A stretch of 15,034 nt of DNA from positions 1-15,034 of the forward strand of contig JBGPQV010000035.1 in assembly GCA_041489255.1 (NCBI GenBank). Direction: 5' to 3'. The notes under the pieces were generated by a model. That model was not told the origin of the DNA. It worked only from the letters and a program-made list of their open reading frames with translations, and did no database searches. This stretch comes from Thermoplasmata archaeon (GTDB lineage Archaea > Thermoplasmatota > Thermoplasmata > RBG-16-68-12 > JAFNFQ01). Both the position numbers and the translations under genes were made by a program. Shown here piece by piece: positions 1 to 8,799 of this stretch. The stretch's first letter is position 1; the number at the start of each line of letters is the position of its first letter.

Positions 1-53
1 AGCAGCGCGACCACGATCTCCCGCTTCTGTTCCGGCGTGAAGGGACCGCTCAT
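1..53 (-). CDS. 5' end of an unidentified gene running off the window (MSGPFTPEQKREIVVALL...)
   Basis: ATG at 53-51 on the minus strand with GGAGG (65-61) 7 nt upstream; first start after an in-frame TGA; open to the window edge. Too short to assign a function. Confidence 0.5.
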   Translation of the reverse strand, partial: MSGPFTPEQKREIVVAL

Positions 54-192
54 CGTCTCCCCTCCACGTGAAGCGCTTCCTCTCTTTCAGTTCTTCCGGT
101 TCCAACCGTGCTACTGTCCAATCGGAGAGGGGCGCGTAGTAACAGGGTCCATGTTCACCCGGTTCTTCGAAGTTGACAAGGTCAATCCTCAC

Positions 193-204
193 GGAATATA
201 TTCC
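193..204. promoter_or_regulatory. Perfect 12-bp palindrome GGAATATATTCC in a divergent intergenic region (possible operator)
   Basis: Directly visible AT-rich palindrome between the minus-strand start at 53 and the thiolase start at 287. Confidence 0.3.
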
Positions 205-286
205 CCAGTGCCAAAATACATTGGCGGGAGAAAACGATATTAGGCCAGGCCGTTTCATCAAACCGCCAAATCGGCGGGTAGGTCTC

Positions 287-1459
287 ATGAGAAAGGTGGC
301 AATCGTTGGCGGTGGCCTTGCACCATTCGGCGTTCGTCAAGCGACTTGGAAGGAACTCGCTCAGGAGGCGGGTGGCGCGACATTCCGCGACATCAAGAAT
401 CTGCATAGGAAGGATGTCGACAGCCTCTTTGTTGGAGCCGCCATGCCGGAACGTTTTGCCTTCCAGTCACATGTTGCGCCCATGGTCGCGGAGCAGGTTG
501 GAGTGACGCCGACGAAGGTAATCACCCGCACGGAACTCGCCTGCGCATCCGGACAGTCTGCAATCAGGATGGCCTATGCTTGCATTGCGACGGGTCTCAG
601 CGAGATTGCCCTTTGCATCGGCGTCGAGAAGATGAATCTCCCAGACCCGCCGGAGATGCAGACTAGCATGGCTTGCGTCCTCGACAGGGAGTTCGACGGC
701 GTCCAAGGAGCATCGGCCCCGCCATTCTTCGCTCTCTGCGCTAACCGCCACATGCACGACTATGGGACAACCAAGGAGCAGATGGCCATGGTGTCCGCCA
801 AGAACCATCACTTCTCGACGACCAACCCCTTTGCCCAATTCCAGAAGGATATACCCATGGAGAAGGTCCTTGCCTCCCCGATGGTCGCACCGCCATTGAG
901 GCTGTTCGACTGCTCGGGGATCACCGACGGTGCGGCGGGTGTCGTCCTGACCACTGCCGACAGAGCGAAGGAGTTCACAGATACGCCGATGTACATCCTA
1001 GGCTCCGGTCAATGCTCCATGGGCAGCAACCTCGCGAACTACAAGAGCTTCAGCACCTGGTTCCCTCTGAAGGAAGCCGCCAAAGAGGCATACAGGTCCG
1101 CGAAGATCGGGCCGGATGACCTGGACCTTGCGGAGGTCCACGACTGCTTCACCATCTCCGAAATCATGGAGTACGAGGACCTGGGCTTATGCGAGAAGGG
1201 CAAGGGCGGCAGGTTCATCGAGGACGGTCAGTCCAATCTTGGCGGGAAGATTCCGATTAATACTCGAGGCGGTCTCTTGGGGACCGGCCATCCGCTCGGC
1301 GCGACAGGAATCGCCCAGGCTGTTGAGCTGATGCAGCAGTTCAGGAGCAGCGTCCCGAGGCAGAGGCTCGTGGACAACGCGGAAATCGGTATGGCCCACA
1401 ACCTGAGCGGCGCGGCGAACGTACACAGCATCCTGATCTACGGGAGGAACCCGCCATGA
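287..1459 (+). CDS. Archaeal/SCP2-type thiolase (acetyl-CoA C-acyltransferase), 390 aa
   Basis: Start moved to ATG 287 (MRKVAIVGGG) by comparison with the paralog at 11375 (MKVGIVGIG). Nucleophile Cys in ELACASG; HDCF, GHPLGATG and HNLSG motifs. Overlaps the DUF35 gene by 4 bp (ATGA). Confidence 0.95.
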   Translation: MRKVAIVGGGLAPFGVRQATWKELAQEAGGATFRDIKNLHRKDVDSLFVGAAMPERFAFQSHVAPMVAEQVGVTPTKVITRTELACASGQSAIRMAYACIATGLSEIALCIGVEKMNLPDPPEMQTSMACVLDREFDGVQGASAPPFFALCANRHMHDYGTTKEQMAMVSAKNHHFSTTNPFAQFQKDIPMEKVLASPMVAPPLRLFDCSGITDGAAGVVLTTADRAKEFTDTPMYILGSGQCSMGSNLANYKSFSTWFPLKEAAKEAYRSAKIGPDDLDLAEVHDCFTISEIMEYEDLGLCEKGKGGRFIEDGQSNLGGKIPINTRGGLLGTGHPLGATGIAQAVELMQQFRSSVPRQRLVDNAEIGMAHNLSGAANVHSILIYGRNPP

Positions 1460-1896
1460 GCGCGACAATCCGTCTTCCCTACTTGCTTGACTTCTACCCT
1501 CTCCAGGATGAGAAGTACACGAGGATTCACCAGTTCTTCACGAACCTCAAAGCGGGGAGGTTCACGACAACAAGGTGCAAGGAATGCGGCAACATGCACT
1601 GGCAGCCGAGGGCGGTGTGCCCGGACTGCGGCTCGGAGAATCTGGAATGGATCGACTTGCCGAAGACGGGAGAGGTCCATGCGTTCACCGCCATGCTCCT
1701 CGGGGCTCCGATGGGCTTTGAGAAAGACCTACCTTTCGTGATCGCCCTAGTCAAGCTGGACGGTCTAGAGTTCAAGATACTCTCTCGCATAGACGGCATC
1801 AAGTACGAAGACTGCAAGATTGGTCAGAAGGTCAAATTCAAGACTGTCGCGAGGGAAGATGGGCGAGTCTTCTTCAGGTTCGAACCGACAGGTTAG
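1456..1896 (+). CDS. DUF35-family Zn-ribbon/OB-fold protein (thiolase partner subunit)
   Basis: CKEC-x10-CPDC zinc ribbon followed by an OB-fold pattern (GEVHAFT...PFVIALVKLD...KIGQKV); translationally coupled to the thiolase. Confidence 0.93.
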   Translation: MSATIRLPYLLDFYPLQDEKYTRIHQFFTNLKAGRFTTTRCKECGNMHWQPRAVCPDCGSENLEWIDLPKTGEVHAFTAMLLGAPMGFEKDLPFVIALVKLDGLEFKILSRIDGIKYEDCKIGQKVKFKTVAREDGRVFFRFEPTG

Positions 1897-2026
1897 TCTT
1901 CGGCGTTTGCGTCCTCCCAGAAATCAATCAGGGCAGGTTGAATATTCCGCAGATGTCAGCTCCGAGCTCGAAGACCACGGCTTGTAGCGGGAACACGGAT
2001 GGCGGCAATCTGGCGTCATCGTGGGC

Positions 2027-2404
2027 TTATCCCAAGAGAATGACTTGTTCCAAATCCCTGAAGTGTGGATCGCCCGTGACGATGGTTGCATCCGCTTTCT
2101 TGGCCGTGGCATAGACGATGGCATCACCCAGCCCCCATTTCTTCTGATGTCTTGTCTTTGCAGCTTCCACGGCTGTCTCCTCATCGACATCACATACAAA
2201 CGCCCGTTCTCGCATGGCCGCCTTCTTCTCTTCGGCAATCTTCTCATCATAGAAACGAAGGATCCATCCGTAGACCTCTGCAATATTGATGGCGCTCACT
2301 ATCGCCCTTTCCTCGGAATCTTCGATCAGCTTCTTCGCTTCCCCGCCGAGCTTGCTACCCTTGAAATACTCTATCCATGCCCATGAATCAATCAAAACGG
2401 TCAA
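2027..2404 (-). CDS. vapC: PIN-domain toxin (VapC)
   Basis: 125 aa with PIN acidic residues (LIDSWAW, NIAEV, GLGDA, TGDPHF); TTG start preceded by GGAGGGAGGAG; overlaps the upstream antitoxin. Confidence 0.92.
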   Translation of the reverse strand: MTVLIDSWAWIEYFKGSKLGGEAKKLIEDSEERAIVSAINIAEVYGWILRFYDEKIAEEKKAAMRERAFVCDVDEETAVEAAKTRHQKKWGLGDAIVYATAKKADATIVTGDPHFRDLEQVILLG

Positions 2405-2582
2405 TCTCCTCCCTCCTGAAGCTCTTAAGTTTCGGCAAGGTCCCGAAGTGCGTTCGCTGGAGCTTCTTTGCGTTCTTCAGGAGGATCTTGATGACCTCCT
2501 CATAGGATCTCGTGCCCATCTCCTTCTTCAGCGTATCCAACTCTCGGAGAACGTCCTCATGCACTTGTATGGTCGTTGCCAT
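2388..2582 (-). CDS. vapB: Antitoxin (VapB-type, RHH-like N-terminus), 64 aa
   Basis: MATTIQVHEDVLRELDTLKKEMGTRSYEEVIKILL has the strand-helix-helix pattern of archaeal antitoxins; lies directly upstream of and overlaps vapC. Confidence 0.85.
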   Translation of the reverse strand: MATTIQVHEDVLRELDTLKKEMGTRSYEEVIKILLKNAKKLQRTHFGTLPKLKSFRREEIDRFD

Positions 2583-2588
2583 CCTATC

Positions 2589-2626
2589 GCCATATGGCAT
2601 TATGGTGCTATGAGTCTATAAATATA
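2589..2626 (-). promoter_or_regulatory. vapBC promoter: TATA box plus three tandem 8-bp operator-like repeats
   Basis: Minus-strand ATATTTATA at 2625-2617. Plus strand 2589-2612 reads GCCATATG-GCATTATG-GTGCTATG and includes the palindrome GCCATATGGC (2589-2598). Confidence 0.6.
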
Positions 2627-2658
2627 TTGCTCCCACGGAGTGTGTTGCCGGACCATCA

Positions 2659-2698
2659 AATAGGTTAAATCGCAATCCCCGGTTCCCCGCGCCGAGGT
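2659..2698 (+). promoter_or_regulatory. Putative BRE/TATA (AAATAGGTTAAAT) and SD (GAGGT) for the HAD-crotonase/Oah-like operon
   Basis: TTAAAT at 2666-2671 after a purine-rich stretch; GAGGT shortly before ATG 2705. Confidence 0.45.
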
Positions 2699-2704
2699 CG
2701 GACA

Positions 2705-4576
2705 ATGACCAAGATTTGTGTCGTCGGTGCAGGCAACATGGGCGCGGGCATTGCCCAGCGATGCGCGCAGTCCGGTTTCGCAGTCTCTATGGTGGACATC
2801 AAGGAAGAGTTCGTCAAGAAGGGTTTTGACAGCATCAGGAAGACGCTCGATGAAGGCGTCAAGAGGGGAAAGGTCAAGCCCGAGCAGGTCGACGCCATAA
2901 TCAAGAACATACACGGGACCATCGACCTAAAAGAGGCTGCGGCGGATGCTGACATAGTAATCGAGGCGGTCTTCGAGGATCTAGAGGTCAAGAAGAAGCT
3001 CTTCGGCGATCTCGACAAGTTCTGCAAGCCGGATGCGATACTCGCCACGAACACGTCGTCTTTGAGCGTCAACGAGATGGCCGCGGTGACGAGCAAGCCC
3101 GCCAAGTTCTCCGGGCTTCATTTCTTCTATCCTGCGGCGATAAACCAGCTCATAGAGGTCATCCCCGGTGACAAGACCGCGCCCGATGTGGTCAGCAAGC
3201 TGATCGACGTTTCCCGCCTCCTCGGCAAGTTGCCGATAGTCGTCAAGGACGCGCCCGGTTTCGCCGTAAACAGATACTTCGTGCCTTTCCTCAACGAGGC
3301 GGTCAAGATGCTCGACGAGGGCGTCGCAACGATGGCGACTATTGAGGAGTCCGCCAAGAAGTCGATCCAGATTCCAATGGGGCCCTTTGAGCTGATGAAT
3401 GCGACGGGGGTGCAGATTGCGTACCACGCGCAGGAGTCCCTGCACAAGGCGCTGGGGCAGTTCTACAAGCCCGCGAACGGCCTGAAGAAGCAGTTCGAGT
3501 CGGGGCAGAAGTGGACCATGTCGGGGACGGTCGAGCTTGAGAAGATGGACAAGGTCGGTGAGAGGTTCCTCGGGATGCTTTTCACGATAGCCCTGCACCT
3601 CGTCGAAGAGGGCGTCGCGACGAAGGAGGCGGTGGAGAGGGGCGCGACCGTCGGCCTGCGCTGGAAGCTCGGCCCGTTCGCCATGATGAACGAGATAGGC
3701 ATCGAGAAGTCTCTCCACATCGTGGATAGGTTCTGCCAGAGCTCCGGCCTCAAGCTGCCCGATATCTTGGTCAAGCAGGCGGAGTCGAAGGAGCCATGGT
3801 ATCTGCGCAGCGTCCGGACATCCAGGGAGGGCTCGCTGGGCATCATCACGGTCGACAGGCCCGATTCACTCAATGCGCTGAACTCGAAGGTCCTGACCGA
3901 CCTGGGAGAGGCGGTCGACAACCTTGCGAAGGACGAAGCCGTGAAGGTCGTCATGGTCACGGGCGAAGGAGGCGCGTTCGTGGCAGGCGCGGACATCAAG
4001 GAGATGATCGTCAAGACGCCAATGGAGGCGAGGGACTTCACCTATTTCGGACAGTCCGTCCTCAAGAAGCTCGAGGACATGGAGAAGGTCTCGATTGCGG
4101 CAGTCAACGGCTACGCGCTTGGCGGGGGGCTCGAACTGGCGCTGTCCTGCGACCTGATCGTGGTGGCTGAGGGAGCGAGGCTCGGTCTGCCAGAGGTAAC
4201 CCTGGGCATCCATCCCGGCTTTGGCGGGACCCAGAGGCTTTCGAGGCAGGTGGGCAAGGCAAAGGCCAAGGAGCTCATCTACACGGGCTCGATGATCGAT
4301 GCGAAGGAGGCGGAGCGTATCGGCCTGGTGAATAAGGTGGTGCCGCGCGACAGGCTCTACGAGGAGGTCAAGAAGCTCGCGGACAAGATAGCCGCGAACG
4401 GGCCCGTGGCGGTGAAGCTCGCGAAAGCGGCGATAAACCGGGGCACCGAGGTGGACCTGGTCACGGGGCTGGCCTACGAGGTCGAGACGATATCCCTGTG
4501 CTTCTCGACGGAGGACAAGAAGGAGGGCATGGGCGCGTTCATAGAGAAGAGAAAGCCGCAGTTCAAGGGGAAGTGA
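2705..4576 (+). CDS. Bifunctional 3-hydroxyacyl-CoA dehydrogenase / enoyl-CoA hydratase (crotonase)
   Basis: N-terminal Rossmann GAGNMG, EAVFED, ATNTSSL and catalytic His in GLHFFYPA; duplicated HAD C-domain; C-terminal crotonase with AFVAGADIK and both catalytic Glu (GGGLE, GLPEV). Confidence 0.95.
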   Translation: MTKICVVGAGNMGAGIAQRCAQSGFAVSMVDIKEEFVKKGFDSIRKTLDEGVKRGKVKPEQVDAIIKNIHGTIDLKEAAADADIVIEAVFEDLEVKKKLFGDLDKFCKPDAILATNTSSLSVNEMAAVTSKPAKFSGLHFFYPAAINQLIEVIPGDKTAPDVVSKLIDVSRLLGKLPIVVKDAPGFAVNRYFVPFLNEAVKMLDEGVATMATIEESAKKSIQIPMGPFELMNATGVQIAYHAQESLHKALGQFYKPANGLKKQFESGQKWTMSGTVELEKMDKVGERFLGMLFTIALHLVEEGVATKEAVERGATVGLRWKLGPFAMMNEIGIEKSLHIVDRFCQSSGLKLPDILVKQAESKEPWYLRSVRTSREGSLGIITVDRPDSLNALNSKVLTDLGEAVDNLAKDEAVKVVMVTGEGGAFVAGADIKEMIVKTPMEARDFTYFGQSVLKKLEDMEKVSIAAVNGYALGGGLELALSCDLIVVAEGARLGLPEVTLGIHPGFGGTQRLSRQVGKAKAKELIYTGSMIDAKEAERIGLVNKVVPRDRLYEEVKKLADKIAANGPVAVKLAKAAINRGTEVDLVTGLAYEVETISLCFSTEDKKEGMGAFIEKRKPQFKGK

Positions 4577-4580
4577 TTGG

Positions 4581-5540
4581 ATGAGGAAGCAGGAGTTCTT
4601 GGGCAAGGACCCTAAGGAGTTCGATTTCCAGGAGATATTGTACGACAAGAAGGACTGGATCGCTAGGATATCGTTCAATAGACCGAAGGCGTACAACGCC
4701 TACTCCCTCCTGACCCTGCAGGAGCTCGCGAAGGCGTTTCACGACGCCGCGATGGACGACACGGTCGGCGTCATCGTGCTCACAGGCGCGGGCGACAAGG
4801 CTTTCTGCACCGGCGGCGACGTGAAGGAGTACGCCGAGAACTACACTCGCTGGCCGCGCGACTTCTGGAAGTGGATGGGCTACTTCAACCAGACTCACGA
4901 CCTGATGCGGAATTGCGGGAAAGTCATCATCGCGCGGGTCAACGGCATGACCGCCGGCGGCGGGAACGAGTTCCACATGAGCTGCGATCTGTCCATCGCC
5001 TCCGAGAACGCCGAGTTCTTCCAGGTCGGGACGAGGGTCGGGAGCGTTGCGGCGGGAGGAGCGACCCAGTTCCTTCCGATAATCATCGGTGACAGGCGGG
5101 CCAGGGAGATGCTGTTCCTCTGCAACAGGATCCCCGCCAAGAAGGCGCTGGAGTGGGGTCTGGTCAACCAGGTCGTCCCCTACGACCAGCTCGACGGCGC
5201 GGTGGACGAAATGGCCAAGACCGTTCTGGAGAAGTTCCCCGAGTGCACACGGTACACGAAGCAGCAGGTGAACTTCTGGAAGGACTTCGCATGGAGCATG
5301 ACTGTGGGCCACGCGCGGGATTGGCTCGCAATGCACTTCGCGTCGCCCGAGACCCTCGAGGGCATGGGGGCGTTCGTGGAGAAGAGACCGGTGGACTTCA
5401 TGAAGCTCAGGAAGCTTGCGGCGGAGGGCAAGAGCAACGAATACTGGTGGGGCGCGAACATCAAGGCATGTCCCAAGTGCGGCACCAAGGCCCTGCCCGA
5501 GGATTTCGACTTCTGCGGGAAGTGCGGATCGAAGTTGTGA
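4581..5540 (+). CDS. Crotonase-superfamily hydrolase, 6-oxocyclohex-1-ene-1-carbonyl-CoA hydrolase (Oah/BamA)-like, with C-terminal zinc ribbon
   Basis: AFCTGGDVKEYAENY, RVNGMTAGGGNE, GSVAAGGATQFLP, FPECT...ARDWLAMH and VDFMKLR resemble Oah motifs as recalled; lacks the MenB GSFD aspartate; ends with CPKCG...FCGKCG. Confidence 0.75.
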   Translation: MRKQEFLGKDPKEFDFQEILYDKKDWIARISFNRPKAYNAYSLLTLQELAKAFHDAAMDDTVGVIVLTGAGDKAFCTGGDVKEYAENYTRWPRDFWKWMGYFNQTHDLMRNCGKVIIARVNGMTAGGGNEFHMSCDLSIASENAEFFQVGTRVGSVAAGGATQFLPIIIGDRRAREMLFLCNRIPAKKALEWGLVNQVVPYDQLDGAVDEMAKTVLEKFPECTRYTKQQVNFWKDFAWSMTVGHARDWLAMHFASPETLEGMGAFVEKRPVDFMKLRKLAAEGKSNEYWWGANIKACPKCGTKALPEDFDFCGKCGSKL

Positions 5541-5559
5541 GTTTAACCTAGTCCCTCGT

Positions 5560-6873
5560 TTACTCCATTTCAGCTTCAGCCTTGCGCTTCCTTCCCCACT
5601 TCAGCTTGGCGGTCATTATCTTCTCCGACGCAAAGAACCTGGCCGCTATGATGAGCACGATTGCGGTGAAGACAATCTGGTATACGACGCCCAAGGCAAC
5701 GACGGCGTAGTCCTTGGTGTAGAGCGCCTTCGAGGCGATTGAAGGATACGAGAAAGGAATGGCGTAGATGATCGCCTGGAGTCCCGCGGGGAGTATCTCG
5801 ACGGGCGCGAACATGAGGAGGAAGGCTGGCAGGAAAATCGGGAGGAACAGCACTCCTAGCAGGGATTGCGCGCTCCTTACATCCTTCGTGTACGCGGCGA
5901 GCAGCACTGCGAGCGCCAGCGCCGAGATTATCGACAGGAACAGCGAGGCTGCAAGCAGAGCGTAACCGGTCATGTCCGGCGTCAGTCCGATGGAGGCAAG
6001 ATCCACCTGGGTCCCTCCCACGGCGGTCAAGCTCGACATGTAGTATCCGAAGCTGAGCAGCATCGCTATCGTGGCGAGTGCTGAGACCAGGATGACCCCG
6101 CTGAGTTTTCCCAGGAGGATGTTGATTCTCTTGATGGGCAGGGTGAGCAGCACCTCCAGGGTCTTCTGTTCTTTCTCCATGGCGACGGACGTGGCGGCGA
6201 GCTGGGCCGCGAGCACTATGACGATCGAGAATGCCATCGGGATGAGCAGCCCGGTGGTGTAGATCGAGTTGATCAAGTTCGAAGGCGAGACATTGATGAC
6301 CTCTCCCTTGATAACCGACTGGGACACGACGTTTGCGGGGACTGGCGGCTGGATCGGGTTTGAGCTGGAGTAATTGTCTCCGAGCATCTCATGGAGTATG
6401 ATGTTGTTAAACAAGGTGAACACAGAGTTCACTCGCTCAGACCCCGCCATCTCGTCGAATCCGAAATGACTGAGCACCTGGTAGACAGACACATTCACCG
6501 ATGTGCCGTTGCCGATTTCCTCTGAGAATGTCGGAGGGAGCACGACCAGCGTGCCGATGTCGTTCTGCACGGCCCAGCTCACTGCGGTATTGGCATCCGG
6601 GGCCGTCGAGTTCCTGATTATCATGTTGTTCTGAATCATGAGCGCATAAAGCAAGTCCGAATAGTTATGACCGCCAGTTGCATGGTCCTGATTGAGGAGG
6701 CCGGTCTCCATCTTGGAAACCTCCTCCTGAGCGGCTTCCATGGCGGACCGTATGCCGACCCCCATGAGCGGCATCATGAGGACAGGCACGATGATCATGC
6801 CTATGAGGAGACGAGGGTCGCGGACTATCTCCCTCAGTTCCTTGACGACGATGTTGCGCAGCTCATGCGGCAT
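5560..6873 (-). CDS. ABC-2 type exporter permease (NatB-like)
   Basis: KELREIVRDPR N-terminus, one TM helix, large extracellular loop, then about 5 TM helices with EKEQKTLEVLLTLP...LLGK; SD GGAGGTG; overlaps the ATPase gene. Confidence 0.9.
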   Translation of the reverse strand: MPHELRNIVVKELREIVRDPRLLIGMIIVPVLMMPLMGVGIRSAMEAAQEEVSKMETGLLNQDHATGGHNYSDLLYALMIQNNMIIRNSTAPDANTAVSWAVQNDIGTLVVLPPTFSEEIGNGTSVNVSVYQVLSHFGFDEMAGSERVNSVFTLFNNIILHEMLGDNYSSSNPIQPPVPANVVSQSVIKGEVINVSPSNLINSIYTTGLLIPMAFSIVIVLAAQLAATSVAMEKEQKTLEVLLTLPIKRINILLGKLSGVILVSALATIAMLLSFGYYMSSLTAVGGTQVDLASIGLTPDMTGYALLAASLFLSIISALALAVLLAAYTKDVRSAQSLLGVLFLPIFLPAFLLMFAPVEILPAGLQAIIYAIPFSYPSIASKALYTKDYAVVALGVVYQIVFTAIVLIIAARFFASEKIMTAKLKWGRKRKAEAEME

Positions 6874-7594
6874 GCTTCACCACCTCCATGAACACCTCTT
6901 CCAGATTTTGTGCGCCGTACTTCCCCTTCAGCTCGGACGGCGTGCCGATTTCGTGGATTCGTCCGTGGTCGATCAGGGCGACCCTGTCGCACATGAACTC
7001 CACTTCCAGGAGGTTGTGGCTGGAGAGGACGGCGGTCGTTCCTCTCTCCTTGATGAGACCTTTCACTCTCTCCCGAACATACAGGGCGTGCATGACATCT
7101 AGGCCCGCCGTCGGCTCATCCAGAATCGCGAGCTTCGGCGCGGTCATCAGGGCCCTGGCAATCAACAACCGCCGTTTCATGCCCTTGCTGTATTCCTTGA
7201 TCCTTGAGTCGATGCGCTCTTTCAGGTCCGCAATTCGGACTCCGATGTCCACGGTCTTCTTCGCGTCACCTTCGTAGAAACCCGCCATGAACGCGAGGTA
7301 CTCGCGCCCTGAGAGGTTCTCATAGGCTCCTGCATCCTCCGGCAGATACGATATCAGGCCACGCACGGCCATCTGTTCCTCGACAACGTCATGACCGAGC
7401 ACAGAGACGGTGCCGCTGGTCGGCTTCAGTAATGTGCCCAGGATCCTGAGGGTCGTCGTCTTGCCGGCACCGTTCGGTCCGATCAGCCCGAATATCTCGC
7501 CCTCGTTGACGGTCAGGGTCACCCCGTCAATGGCCCTCAGACTAGTCGAGTAGGCTTTCACCAACTTATCGATGGCAACTGCGCGAGTACTCAT
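6863..7594 (-). CDS. ABC transporter ATP-binding subunit (NatA/CcmA-like), 243 aa
   Basis: Start moved to ATG 7594 (MSTRAVAIDKLVK) to remove the overlap with the GNAT. Walker A GPNGAGKT, signature YSKGM, Walker B ILDEPT, H-loop SSH. Confidence 0.93.
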   Translation of the reverse strand: MSTRAVAIDKLVKAYSTSLRAIDGVTLTVNEGEIFGLIGPNGAGKTTTLRILGTLLKPTSGTVSVLGHDVVEEQMAVRGLISYLPEDAGAYENLSGREYLAFMAGFYEGDAKKTVDIGVRIADLKERIDSRIKEYSKGMKRRLLIARALMTAPKLAILDEPTAGLDVMHALYVRERVKGLIKERGTTAVLSSHNLLEVEFMCDRVALIDHGRIHEIGTPSELKGKYGAQNLEEVFMEVVKHAA

Positions 7595-7689
7595 CTTTGA
7601 CACCCGTTCAAAGAAACGGATGGATTGTACGCTCATACAAAAGGGTGCTGGGACCGAGCAACCCGCATCAACTCGAATGGAGGCGCACG

Positions 7690-7700
7690 AATCCTTAAAC
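7690..7700 (+). promoter_or_regulatory. Putative TATA box (CTTAAA) for a probably leaderless GNAT transcript
   Basis: CTTAAA at 7694-7699, about 25 bp before ATG 7724; no SD visible. Confidence 0.4.
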
Positions 7701-7723
7701 CAATCAGCCCCGTTTAGTCGTTC

Positions 7724-8674
7724 ATGAAGATTCTCACCTATGATGAGGTCGACCATGACCAGGTTCTCGTCATGCATATGTCCGGGTTCGGGTGGCCGCT
7801 CACAGAAGAGCGGGCGAGGGCGATGGCCGAGCACGACAGGAGGATCTGGAAGCTTTTCGGCATCTATGCGGTGAGAGGGGACAAGGTGCTGGGCCAGATT
7901 ATTCCCTTCAGGCTCAAGATGAGGTCGACAGAGGGCGTGGCGGATCAGCTGGGCGTGGCAGAGGTTGTGACCGCACCTGACGAGACGCGAAAGGGCATCG
8001 CGACCGCGCTGATGAAGAGGATCGAGGAGCTGGGGATCGAGGAGGACATGAGGACCTCATGGCTAATGACGGGAGAGCACTTGGTCGCCCACAATCTCTA
8101 CAAGAAGCTTGGCTACTTCAACGTCTCAACTTTCCCGAGAGGGTTCAAGCGCATCCCCAAGAAACAGACGAAACGTGGCGATGTCAAACTCAGGCAATAT
8201 CGCAAGAGCGACTGCAAGAAGCTTGCCAGCATCTACAAGGAATACCTCAAGGGCAGCCTTGGCTTCACGGAACGACAGTGGGATTTCCTCGAGACTGGAA
8301 TCGCCACGCAGCAGCTCGGAAAGGACGCAATCAAGGTCGCGACGCGCGCGGGCAAAGTCGTTGGGTACGCTGTGTCATCACCGCGGGAGGGCGTTGCGTT
8401 CATCATGGAAGCCGTGGCCCCGGAGAAACATGATTTCGATTCAATCGTCTCCGCACTCGAAGCGCAGTACAAGGGCTCTCTCGTCGTCGGTTCCAGCCTC
8501 ATCTGGAAGAAGCAGAGGGACAGTTTTGTCTCATTGGGCTATCAGATCCGTCCGACACACTGGTACCGGCTCATGGCGAAGCCTCTCGAGAAGGGCATGT
8601 CGAGGAGGAAGCTGGAGCATCTCTACGGCCTCGACGACGGGAGATTCGCGTTCATGTCCCTGGACGGCTTCTAG
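7724..8674 (+). CDS. GNAT-family N-acetyltransferase (tandem GNAT, Eis-like)
   Basis: Acetyl-CoA-binding motif VVTAPDETRKGIATALM and AHNLYKKLGY; second GNAT-like half (VKLRQY...GKVVGYA). Confidence 0.85.
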   Translation: MKILTYDEVDHDQVLVMHMSGFGWPLTEERARAMAEHDRRIWKLFGIYAVRGDKVLGQIIPFRLKMRSTEGVADQLGVAEVVTAPDETRKGIATALMKRIEELGIEEDMRTSWLMTGEHLVAHNLYKKLGYFNVSTFPRGFKRIPKKQTKRGDVKLRQYRKSDCKKLASIYKEYLKGSLGFTERQWDFLETGIATQQLGKDAIKVATRAGKVVGYAVSSPREGVAFIMEAVAPEKHDFDSIVSALEAQYKGSLVVGSSLIWKKQRDSFVSLGYQIRPTHWYRLMAKPLEKGMSRRKLEHLYGLDDGRFAFMSLDGF

Positions 8675-8799
8675 ATACCACCAGGTCGGTCAGAATCTGA
8701 AGTCCTTCCCCGCGTCCCAGCATGAGATGCGAACCGAAATCAATTCCCCCTTGCCACGGCTCATCTCAGGAATGCAGGGGGCATTGTCAATCCGTTTGT

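Noticed and set aside
1-53. FTPEQKREIV as the start of an IS3-type transposase
   Set aside because: Only 17 residues are visible and no terminal inverted repeat can be identified, so the evidence is insufficient.
173-286. N-terminal extension of thiolase 1 from TTG 173
   Set aside because: Similarity to the paralog starts at MRKVAIVG (287); the extension covers the probable promoter region.
1928-2026. In-frame 32-codon continuation after the vapC stop (possible readthrough or gene remnant)
   Set aside because: The stop is TAA, the PIN domain is complete and the extra peptide has no recognisable motif.
4581-5540. MenB (naphthoate synthase) call
   Set aside because: The conserved GSFD aspartate is missing, Oah-like motifs are present and no other men genes are nearby.
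7595-7834. 80-aa N-terminal extension of the ABC ATPase
   Set aside because: It overlaps the divergent GNAT gene and its promoter; the ABC fold begins at Met 7594.
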